Shown: in pieces, positions 1 through 7,031 of the stretch
Layout of the letters: each line of letters opens with the position of its first letter
Position numbering within the stretch: position 1 is the stretch's first letter
Assembly (NCBI GenBank): GCA_964611645.1
Contig: CAZTAO010000003.1
Location: forward strand, 95,184 to 119,183
DNA length: 24,000 nt
Source: an uncultured bacterium
Lineage (GTDB): Bacteria; Armatimonadota; UBA5829
Direction of reading: 5' to 3'
Notes under the pieces: model-generated
Told to the model about the DNA's origin: nothing
Seen by the model: the letters and a program-made list of their open reading frames with translations, nothing else
The model's database searches: none
Program-made: the position numbers and the translations under genes

Positions 1-317
1 AGCTTGCGGGCTTTCTGTCCGACGAACTGACCAAGTACGCCAAGCAGTATGAGGTTGTCGAGAGCCTGTTGTTCACCCCCAATGTAATCCCCGAGCCAAT
101 GACCCCATTCAAGTCCATTCGGGGCCTGATGGACTACTACCTCACCGCTGCAGATACCGTCCTATGCCTTGTCTACTTCCGGGACCCCCAGTGCCTGATC
201 CGATCCGGCTATCTGGACGAGCAGGCGCTGCGCCTCGATGGTATAGAGTTCATCCTGAATGAGATGCGCGAGCAGTTGTTCGCCAGCACGCGCAGGCTGC
301 TGGAGGTGAGCTGTTGA
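1..317 (+). CDS. hypothetical protein, 3' end of a gene that starts left of the window
   Basis: Frame 3 is open from the window edge (LAGFLSDELTKYAKQYEVV...) to TGA 315-317, so the TTG at 69 in the ORF track is internal. The stop overlaps the TTG start of the next ORF (TTGA at 314-317). I recognise no motif. Confidence 0.45.
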   Translation, partial: LAGFLSDELTKYAKQYEVVESLLFTPNVIPEPMTPFKSIRGLMDYYLTAADTVLCLVYFRDPQCLIRSGYLDEQALRLDGIEFILNEMREQLFASTRRLLEVSC

Positions 318-1690
318 GCCGCCTGTCGGGCATTGTGTGCGTGATGGCCGCTTTCTGCCTGTGTTCTCAGGCAGGAGCGCAGGTTAGCGGTCCGCTCACG
401 CTTCGTCCTGCCGTCCCTGAAGACAATGTGGAGTCTGTCACGATGGAAGCTCCTCTGATAGAGGCAAACGACACCGTGTTCACCGCCCAGGGCGGCGTCC
501 GGTTCACCAGCGGGGAGAAGCGGGCAAGGGCCCAGAAGATAGCGTACAACACCGCCACCTCAACCGGGCAGATGCTCAATGCCAGGTTCACCACCTGCAA
601 CGAGGAGAACCCTCACTATTATCTCTCCGCCAGAAGCATCGTGCTTGGGGCCGGCAACTGGGTGAGCACACGAGGGGCCTCGCTGACTTTGTTCGGGGTG
701 AAAGTGATCACTCTTCCCATGCTCAGCTTCCGGGTTGGCAACAGGCAAGGTGGCAGCACGCTCCCCACTCCGGGTTACGACAGCAGAGACGGGATCACGC
801 TTGGGCATAGCTTTGTCCTGATGGACAGCCCCCGCAGCACGGCAGTCGCAGGCATCAAGCTCACCGCCAAACATGGCTACCAGCTTGAGATGACCGCTCA
901 GCACGGGCTGGACGGTCTCCTTTCCAGGCCGCCGGGCAGGCTGCTCAGATACGACTCGCTTCAGAATGAAGTCCGAGATGTTTCCGCGAAAGACGGGCCG
1001 TTGAGCTGCCTTGCAGATTTACACTCGTCCAGGCTAACGGCGTTCGGTTCACTATCTTTGCGTTCTCGGGCGACTGACTTGCACAACACCAGCCTGGTCT
1101 ACTACAAGCGCCCGGAGGTTGGTCTGTATTACGTTCCCAGGCATGTGAACCTCTGCGGAGCCGGGATGGATCCTCGTCTCCAGTTGCTGCCGGAGATTGT
1201 TGCCAGTTGGGGTAGATATGCTGAGATTCCTAACCCCTTCGGCACGGTGGGCAGGACAGGCGCATCGGTCTCACTTCCGGTCCGCGCGTTCAAGATGTCG
1301 CCGGATTCGGCTGTGCAACCGATACTGACCTATAGCTGGGCAGAGTACTCCACGGGGTCGACATATCGGGTCTTTGGTTGGGGCTTGGACTACAGCAAGA
1401 TTTTCAGAGACGGGTCGTTTGCCACTCTGCGCTACACCCAGAAGAATGACTCGGGCTTCACCCCATTTGAGTTCGACGATCTGGATTACAGCAAGGTGTT
1501 GGAGATCGGCGCCCAGTTGAGAAGGGGACGGCATACTTACGGCTTTGTGGGCAGTATGGATGCAAGCAGAGGCACACTCGAAGACTGGGAAGCAATCTAC
1601 GGCTACAGACTGGACTGCCTCGCCGGCGTCGTGTCCTGGAACGGCCGCTACAAGCAATTTCGATTCGGGGTGGACCTGCTGGGGTTGTAG
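314..1690 (+). CDS. secreted outer-membrane protein, LptD/OstA-like (tentative)
   Basis: Signal peptide MSRLSGIVCVMAAFCLCSQAGA/QV. The N-terminal block ANDTVFTAQGGVRFTSGEKRARAQKIAYNTATSTGQMLNARFTTC...YYLSARSIVL...LTLFGVKVITLPMLSF...LPTPGYDSRDGITLG follows the OstA/LptD pattern as I remember it. The C-terminal half is rich in aromatic residues and Gly, as expected for beta-strands. Confidence 0.5.
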   Translation: MSRLSGIVCVMAAFCLCSQAGAQVSGPLTLRPAVPEDNVESVTMEAPLIEANDTVFTAQGGVRFTSGEKRARAQKIAYNTATSTGQMLNARFTTCNEENPHYYLSARSIVLGAGNWVSTRGASLTLFGVKVITLPMLSFRVGNRQGGSTLPTPGYDSRDGITLGHSFVLMDSPRSTAVAGIKLTAKHGYQLEMTAQHGLDGLLSRPPGRLLRYDSLQNEVRDVSAKDGPLSCLADLHSSRLTAFGSLSLRSRATDLHNTSLVYYKRPEVGLYYVPRHVNLCGAGMDPRLQLLPEIVASWGRYAEIPNPFGTVGRTGASVSLPVRAFKMSPDSAVQPILTYSWAEYSTGSTYRVFGWGLDYSKIFRDGSFATLRYTQKNDSGFTPFEFDDLDYSKVLEIGAQLRRGRHTYGFVGSMDASRGTLEDWEAIYGYRLDCLAGVVSWNGRYKQFRFGVDLLGL

Positions 1691-1732
1691 TATCCCCACC
1701 GAGACACAACCCCCAACACCCAGCAGGCCGCG

Positions 1733-1761
1733 TTGCCAAAGGGCCTCTCGCTTGCTAGAAT
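1733..1761 (+). promoter_or_regulatory. sigma70-like promoter of the 1797-5942 operon (predicted)
   Basis: TTGCCA (1733-1738), 17-nt spacer, TAGAAT (1756-1761). It lies 36 nt upstream of the TTG start at 1797, which has GGAG at 1785-1788. Prediction from sequence only. Confidence 0.4.
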
Positions 1762-1796
1762 ATGGTTGTTGATGAAAACCCCTTGGAGAGTTCTTC

Positions 1797-2246
1797 TTGA
1801 AGCATCGTCCCTCTTTTGATGAGACCTATATGGATGTGGTGGATGTTATCGCACGAAGGTCCACCTGCCTGCGGCGGCATGTCGGCGCGGTTGTGACCAT
1901 AGACCGCCGCATACTGTCGCACGGCTACAACGGCGTAGTAAGCGGCCGGGAGCACTGCTGCGAGACCGGTGTCTGCCTCAAAGACAAGGCCGGCAATGAA
2001 GATTTCAAGATCTGCGTGCATGCGGAGCAGAATGCCATCTGCCAGTGTGCCAAGCGGGGCCTGGCGGTGGAGGGGGCGACAGTATATGTGAACGCAGACG
2101 TGTGCGTTACCTGCGCCAAACTGCTGGTCAGTTCCGGCATTGCCAGGTGCGTGGTGCGGCGCGACAGAAAAGGCTCCGAAGACGGTTTGGATGTGCTTCG
2201 GCAGTCCGGGGTGGAAGTGATAGAGTGGCCCGATGGCTCAGCCTGA
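1797..2246 (+). CDS. deoxycytidylate (dCMP) deaminase, ComEB-type
   Basis: PSFDETYMDVVDVIARRSTCLRRHVGAVV...GYNG...CVHAEQNAI...VCVTCAKLL carries the cytidine/deoxycytidylate deaminase zinc motifs (HAE ... CxxC) in the dCMP-deaminase arrangement. TTG start with a Shine-Dalgarno sequence. Confidence 0.85.
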   Translation: MKHRPSFDETYMDVVDVIARRSTCLRRHVGAVVTIDRRILSHGYNGVVSGREHCCETGVCLKDKAGNEDFKICVHAEQNAICQCAKRGLAVEGATVYVNADVCVTCAKLLVSSGIARCVVRRDRKGSEDGLDVLRQSGVEVIEWPDGSA

Positions 2247-2922
2247 GATAAGGGCGTTCGTTTTTGACATAGGGGCCACCCTGGTCACAGGCCCGCCGGT
2301 CGCTCCCAACAAAGTCATAGCGGCACTGCTGCACGGGGTTACACCCAAGCAGGTCGCCTCCGTGATTATGACCTGTGACCTGCAGTCCTTCGCCCAGGCG
2401 ATATCGGCCCTGGAGGAGCGATTCGGCGCGATTGGTGAGTCCGAGCAGGCAGCAATCCGGGAGCTTTGGGATTCGCAATTGGGCGCGCCGGTTGCCATAG
2501 AGGGCGCGGTGGAGACTGTGCTGGCCCTCAAGCGCGAGGGTTTCAGGATAGGCCTGCTCTCAGACATCTGGACGCCATACTTCATGGGTGCATGCGAAGC
2601 GATACTCGAGGTAGTCGAGGCTGCGGATTGCGTCACCCTGAGCTGCCGCACCGGCCATCGCAAGCCTGAGCCCTTCAACTTCCGGACGGTTCTGTCCGGG
2701 TTGGGAGTGGAGCCGGGGGAGGCTGTGATGGTGGGCGACACATACGAGCATGACATCCACCCGGCGCTGGAAATGGGAATGCGGGCTGTGTGGGTCCTGT
2801 GCAGGCCCGACCGGGAAGCCGAGTCAGCCAGAGGCGTAATGGAAGGCAGCCTGCCAATGCCCACAAGGACCATCTTCGACATAACAGAACTAGCCGCGCC
2901 TGAAATCTGGCGCAGCCTTTAG
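2233..2922 (+). CDS. HAD-superfamily hydrolase (atypical motif I)
   Basis: Motif I is FVFDIGATL: the Asp nucleophile is present but Gly sits where the second Asp of DxD normally is. Motif II LLSD, motif III Lys in HRKPEP, motif IV VGDTYEHDI. The ATG at 2233 lies 14 nt inside the deaminase gene. Confidence 0.75.
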   Translation: MAQPEIRAFVFDIGATLVTGPPVAPNKVIAALLHGVTPKQVASVIMTCDLQSFAQAISALEERFGAIGESEQAAIRELWDSQLGAPVAIEGAVETVLALKREGFRIGLLSDIWTPYFMGACEAILEVVEAADCVTLSCRTGHRKPEPFNFRTVLSGLGVEPGEAVMVGDTYEHDIHPALEMGMRAVWVLCRPDREAESARGVMEGSLPMPTRTIFDITELAAPEIWRSL

Positions 2923-2930
2923 GAGAGAAC

Positions 2931-3545
2931 ATGCAGATCGAACGAGTTGAGCGCCATAGTCTGGATGAGTTGGTTGCGAATATGAGGAAGGTGGGGATGC
3001 TCACCGACCCCAGCGCGCGCGTGTATGAGAAGTGCGATGTGCAGGTGGTGACCTACCATACCGATGAGATTGCGCCTGCGCAGAGATACGTTCTCACCCA
3101 GGAGATAATGAAAGTCCGCAACCTCCGCTGGGCGCTTCGGGAGCACGGGGTAGACCTGTTCAAGCTGGACGGCTACGCCAGCATCTGGCTTCCCGGATAC
3201 GAGGAGCCCATAGACGTTCTCCCGCCGGTGATAGAAGAGTCCCGAGAAGCAGATGGCTCTGTTGTGAAGATACTCAACGACGGTATGCACCGGGTCTACC
3301 TCGCCCGGATGGAACGATGCCCGGTGCAGGTGGTCTATGTGACCGGTGTGCCCGAACAATACCCATACTATGCGTTTCCGCTTGTTGATGGCTGGAATGG
3401 CGTGGAGATAGTAAGCGAGCTTCCCGAGGGGTATATCAAGAAGTGGCACCGCATCAAGAACTACAAGTCCCTCTACCGGGACTTCAACACCGGTTTTACC
3501 AATGTCGGTGGGCCGCGAGGGAACTTTACCAATGCCGCAAAATGA
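2931..3545 (+). CDS. ParB/sulfiredoxin-fold (ParBc-like) protein of unknown function
   Basis: VKILNDGMHRVYLAR matches the DGxHR core of ParB-like nuclease/Srx domains, with an upstream PAQRYVL...LRWALREHGVDLF segment. AGGAG at 2920-2924 precedes the ATG at 2931. Amino-acid composition is normal, whereas the 267-aa antisense ORF is Ser/Arg/Pro-rich. Confidence 0.55.
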   Translation: MQIERVERHSLDELVANMRKVGMLTDPSARVYEKCDVQVVTYHTDEIAPAQRYVLTQEIMKVRNLRWALREHGVDLFKLDGYASIWLPGYEEPIDVLPPVIEESREADGSVVKILNDGMHRVYLARMERCPVQVVYVTGVPEQYPYYAFPLVDGWNGVEIVSELPEGYIKKWHRIKNYKSLYRDFNTGFTNVGGPRGNFTNAAK

Positions 3546-4989
3546 GAGGTCGGAGCTTGAGTTTGTCCCGCTGCACTTCGGAGACAAGCTGCACGTAGTC
3601 AACCCGCGCGCGCGGCTCGGGGTGCTGACGCTGTGGAGCAAGATTCCGTATGTGCTTGAGAAGATGGGTGAACTCGGTATCGACCTCGACCCCCACACCA
3701 GCAAGATAGCCGCAATAGGCACCCTCTACGGCAACGGCATTCCGCACCTGCTGCGAAACCTTCTGTACAATCCCCAGATCACCGGGCTGATAGTCTGCGG
3801 GGCGGACAGGTCCGGCTCGGCAGGCGAGCTTCAGGCGTTTTTCGAGAAAGGCCTTGAAGAAACGACTGTGCTCGGGGAGACGGTCAGTATGGTATGCGGA
3901 ACCAACAGGGTTATCGATGACCGCGTTACGCCGGACATGTTCAGCGTGAAGCCGGTCATAGTGAGTGTGGGCGACCTCAAGAGCGACGAGAGCCGTGGCA
4001 AGCTACGCGAAGCAATAGACTCCTGGCAGCCGGGATCCTATCTGAACCCCGATCGGACGGTTGTCGAACTCCCTAGGCCGGAACTGGTCTGTTTCCCCGG
4101 CGACCCTCGCAACCAGAACATATCCAAAGACTCCCCGCTGGACGCGTGGCGGGAACTGGTCTTCCGAATCTATCGCTTTGGCCACATGACCAAGCTGCGC
4201 AAAGGTGACAGGCAGGAGTTGCAGAACGTCCGCGTGGTTATCCGAGAGCCACGGCCGGACACCGCCGAACGGCTGCGGGAGTATGGTTTCGACCTGCACT
4301 CGCTTGAGGCCTATCAGAAGGACATGCTCGAGTCCGAGCTTCCGCCGGACCAGTCCTACACCTACGGCAACCGCATCCGATCATACTACGGCTTCGATGC
4401 CCTGGCTAAGTTCGCCGTGAGGCTGAAGTCCAATCCGCAGGACCGCGACTGCTATCTCTCCCTGTGGAACAGCTTCAAGGACATCGACGCCGACGACTCC
4501 CCCTGCCTGGTGTCCCTGTTCTTTCGAACATACGACGGCAGGCTGACTCTGACCGCCGTATACCGTACACACAACGCAGTCGACGCCTGGCTGAAGAACG
4601 CGTACGGGCTGATGAAGTGCCTCGAGGAAGTGTCTCGCGATTCGGGGATACCGATGGGCGAGCTCACCATGATCAGCCACTCCATCAGCATCGATCCATC
4701 CCGGTTCGATGTCGCCGAGCGCGTTGCGAAGTCCAGGGGCTTCGAGATAGACTTCGACCCCAACGGGCAGTTTGCGGTGAGCCTGGAGGAGGGGGAGATA
4801 GTTGCACGGCATCTGGACGATTCCGGGCGGGTGCTGGGCGAATATCGGTCAAAAAAGGCCGAGCGCATTCAGCACGAGATCGCCCGCGACTGCGCGATTT
4901 CCGATGTGAACCACGCTATGTATCTTGGCCGACAACTTGCCCGGGCGCAGGTGTGTTTAGAGACCGGCGAAGAGTTTGAGGAAAGCTGA
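3502..4989 (+). CDS. multidomain thymidylate-synthase-fold enzyme (MtrA-like N-domain + TS-like core + DUF4346-like C-tail)
   Basis: ATG at 3502; an alternative ATG at 3532 would overlap the upstream gene by only 14 nt. aa ~20-160: LGVLTLWS...IAAIGTLYGNGIPHLLRNLLYNPQITGLIVCGADRSGSAGELQAFFEKGLEE resembles the MtrA-type domain. aa ~205-405 is TS fold: YGNRIRSY, DRDCYLSLWN, DSPCLVSLFF (Cys335, nt 4504-4506, at the nucleophile position), LTLTAVYRTHNAVDAWLKNAYG (the LYQRSxD...PFNIASY block) and GELTMISHSISID (the GDAHIY block). aa ~412-495: DFDPNGQFAV...HAMYLGRQLARAQ resembles the DUF4346 signature. All alignments are by eye. Confidence 0.7.
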   Translation: MSVGREGTLPMPQNERSELEFVPLHFGDKLHVVNPRARLGVLTLWSKIPYVLEKMGELGIDLDPHTSKIAAIGTLYGNGIPHLLRNLLYNPQITGLIVCGADRSGSAGELQAFFEKGLEETTVLGETVSMVCGTNRVIDDRVTPDMFSVKPVIVSVGDLKSDESRGKLREAIDSWQPGSYLNPDRTVVELPRPELVCFPGDPRNQNISKDSPLDAWRELVFRIYRFGHMTKLRKGDRQELQNVRVVIREPRPDTAERLREYGFDLHSLEAYQKDMLESELPPDQSYTYGNRIRSYYGFDALAKFAVRLKSNPQDRDCYLSLWNSFKDIDADDSPCLVSLFFRTYDGRLTLTAVYRTHNAVDAWLKNAYGLMKCLEEVSRDSGIPMGELTMISHSISIDPSRFDVAERVAKSRGFEIDFDPNGQFAVSLEEGEIVARHLDDSGRVLGEYRSKKAERIQHEIARDCAISDVNHAMYLGRQLARAQVCLETGEEFEES

Positions 4990-4994
4990 GCGGT

Positions 4995-5942
4995 ATGACA
5001 GACAACGACCTAATCAGGCGCATCGAGTCGCTCAACAGGCGGCCGCTGAAGAACAAGCCCGAACCGGGGGAGGCAGTTTCGGGATTTCCGGAGCGGATGG
5101 AGGCTTCTTCTCTCTATCGAGGCCGCAGTGGTCGCTCCTCAAATCCCGAAACACCTGGGGATGGTGTTTCGGGACTTGAGCGGAGCGGAAGTCCCGAAAC
5201 ATCCCACGAACCTCCAGTGCTCAAGCTGGAGGAGACGATAGCGGGGGTGGTTACCGAGCCGAGGCCAGGCTGCTGCTACTACCACATCGAATGCCAGGCG
5301 GACTTGCCTGAGGTCTGCGCAGACATCATCCACGGCCGGTTCGTTCATCTTACCGGCCACCCGCACTCCGCCCCCATCGCCCCGCTTGCGGAGGGGTTCA
5401 GCTTGGAATCGCTGGACCCGACCAAAGTGGTGTTTATGGATATCGAGACCACCGGGCTAAGGGGCTGCCCGCTGTTTCTGATTGGCGCGATGCGATCCGA
5501 TGGTGAGAAGTTCATATTCAAGCAGTATTTTGCGCGTGACTACTGCGAAGAATCCGGCGTGATCGCGGCGTTTGCAGAGGACTTGCGCGATGTCGACCTG
5601 TTGGTGACTTTCAACGGGCTGAGGTTCGATATGCCGTTCATAGTGGGCCGAGGCTCGCATCACGGCATTCGCGTGCACTGCCACGGAGCGCACCTCGACC
5701 TCCTACTCGCCGCCAGAAAACATTACCGCAAAGAGACCCCCAACCACAAGCTCCAGACCCTGGAGCGGGTGATATGCGGTCGCGAGCGCGAGGGCGACAT
5801 CCCCGGCAGCCAGATTCCCCAGGCATACGATGACTACGTCTTCTCCGGCGACGCCTCCAGGATCACAACCATACTACACCACAACCGCCTGGATCTGCTC
5901 ACCCTGCCCGAACTGATGACCAGGATGTGGCGGGAAGAGTAG
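4995..5942 (+). CDS. RNase H-like (YprB/COG3359-type) predicted 3'-5' exonuclease
   Basis: VVFMDIETTGL (exo motif I), LLVTFNGLRFDMPFI (motif II) and HHNRLDLLTLPEL (motif III). The N-terminal DLIRRIESLNRR leader is typical of this family. ATG lies 5 nt after the previous stop, with GAGGAAAG upstream. Confidence 0.7.
   Translation: MTDNDLIRRIESLNRRPLKNKPEPGEAVSGFPERMEASSLYRGRSGRSSNPETPGDGVSGLERSGSPETSHEPPVLKLEETIAGVVTEPRPGCCYYHIECQADLPEVCADIIHGRFVHLTGHPHSAPIAPLAEGFSLESLDPTKVVFMDIETTGLRGCPLFLIGAMRSDGEKFIFKQYFARDYCEESGVIAAFAEDLRDVDLLVTFNGLRFDMPFIVGRGSHHGIRVHCHGAHLDLLLAARKHYRKETPNHKLQTLERVICGREREGDIPGSQIPQAYDDYVFSGDASRITTILHHNRLDLLTLPELMTRMWREE
5076..5200. repeat. palindromic repeat cluster inside the exonuclease ORF
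   Basis: GTTTCGGGA at 5076-5084 and 5166-5174; its complement TCCCGAAAC at 5144-5152 and 5192-5200. A perfect 12-bp stem pairs 5144-5155 with 5163-5174 across a 7-nt loop. A second 7-bp stem pairs 5171-5177 with 5189-5195. Confidence 0.8.
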
Positions 5943-6041
5943 GGGAAGCACACCCGTAGCCCATAGGTCCCGTGTGTCTCATACGCCCCGTTGTTGTATA
6001 ACTATATGGTATATTCTTTTACATACATATCCAGAACGGGC

Positions 6042-7028
6042 CTATTGCCCGCCCCCTGCGACACCCGCTATCGCCGCAGCTATCTTCTCCGCCGTAGGCA
6101 TACATGCATCTTCTAGCACCCCGCTGAACGGCATGGGTATGTGTTCGGTTCCAAGCACCTTGGGCGGGGAGTCGAGGTAGTCGAAGCACTCCTCCGAAAC
6201 CCTCCGCACTATCTCGGCGCCAAAGCTCGACACGGGCGTGCATTCCTGCACCACCAGCAGCTTGCCTGTCTTCTTCACCGATTCGGCTATCAGCTCAAAA
6301 TCCAGCGGCACAAGGGTGCGCGGGTCTATGACTTCGACGCCTATCCCCGAACTCTGCCCCAACTCATCAGCCACCCGCAGCACGCTCTCCAGAAGGTAGG
6401 AGGTCGAGACTACGGTAACGTCCGCCCCCTCGCGCCGCACGATGCCTTTGCCGAACGGGATGGCGTAGTCCCCGTCCGGAACCTCTCCCTTGTTGGAATA
6501 GATGAACCGATGCTCGAGGAAGATCACCGGGTCGTCGTCCCGGATGGCGGTCTTCAGCAGGCCCTTGGCATCGTATGGCGTAGATGGCACAACTACCTTC
6601 AGCCCCGGGGTGTGCGCGAACCACGACTCCAGGCTCTGTGAGTGGTGCGCGGCTTCCCTGCTGCCGGACCCCTGCTCGCTGCGGATCACCATCGGCACAC
6701 ACACCGCCCCACCGGACATCAGCCTCAGCTTCGCGGCCTGGTTCACCACCTGGTCCCACGCGGTGGCGATGAAGTCGATGTACATAACTTCCACCACCGG
6801 CCTCAGCCCCGCAACAGCAGCGCCGACTGCCAAGCCAATAAACCCGCACTCCGATATCGGGGTCTGCCGAACCCGCATCTCTCCGAACTCCTCAAGCTGG
6901 CCCTGCTGGACCCCCCAGACTCCGCCGTATCGGCCTATATCCTCACCTATCTGGAACACCGACTGGTCGCGGCGCATCTCTTCCGCCAGGGCGTCTCGTA
7001 GGGCTTGTGTATAAGTTATTACTGCCAT
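6042..7028 (-). CDS. 2-oxoacid (pyruvate/acetoin-type) dehydrogenase E1 component, beta subunit
   Basis: ITYTQALRDALAEEMRRDQSVFQIGEDIGRYGGVWGVQQGQLEEFGEMRVRQTPISECGFIGLAVGAAVAGLRPVVEVMYIDF is a typical E1-beta N-domain. ATG lies 3 nt after the E1-alpha stop. Confidence 0.9.
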   Translation of the reverse strand: MAVITYTQALRDALAEEMRRDQSVFQIGEDIGRYGGVWGVQQGQLEEFGEMRVRQTPISECGFIGLAVGAAVAGLRPVVEVMYIDFIATAWDQVVNQAAKLRLMSGGAVCVPMVIRSEQGSGSREAAHHSQSLESWFAHTPGLKVVVPSTPYDAKGLLKTAIRDDDPVIFLEHRFIYSNKGEVPDGDYAIPFGKGIVRREGADVTVVSTSYLLESVLRVADELGQSSGIGVEVIDPRTLVPLDFELIAESVKKTGKLLVVQECTPVSSFGAEIVRRVSEECFDYLDSPPKVLGTEHIPMPFSGVLEDACMPTAEKIAAAIAGVAGGGQ

Positions 7029-7031
7029 CTT

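Noticed and set aside
2919-3722. 267-aa minus-strand ORF overlapping the ParB-like gene
   Set aside because: It is Ser/Pro/Arg-rich with no motif. The plus-strand ORF has a Shine-Dalgarno, operon context and a ParB/Srx core motif.
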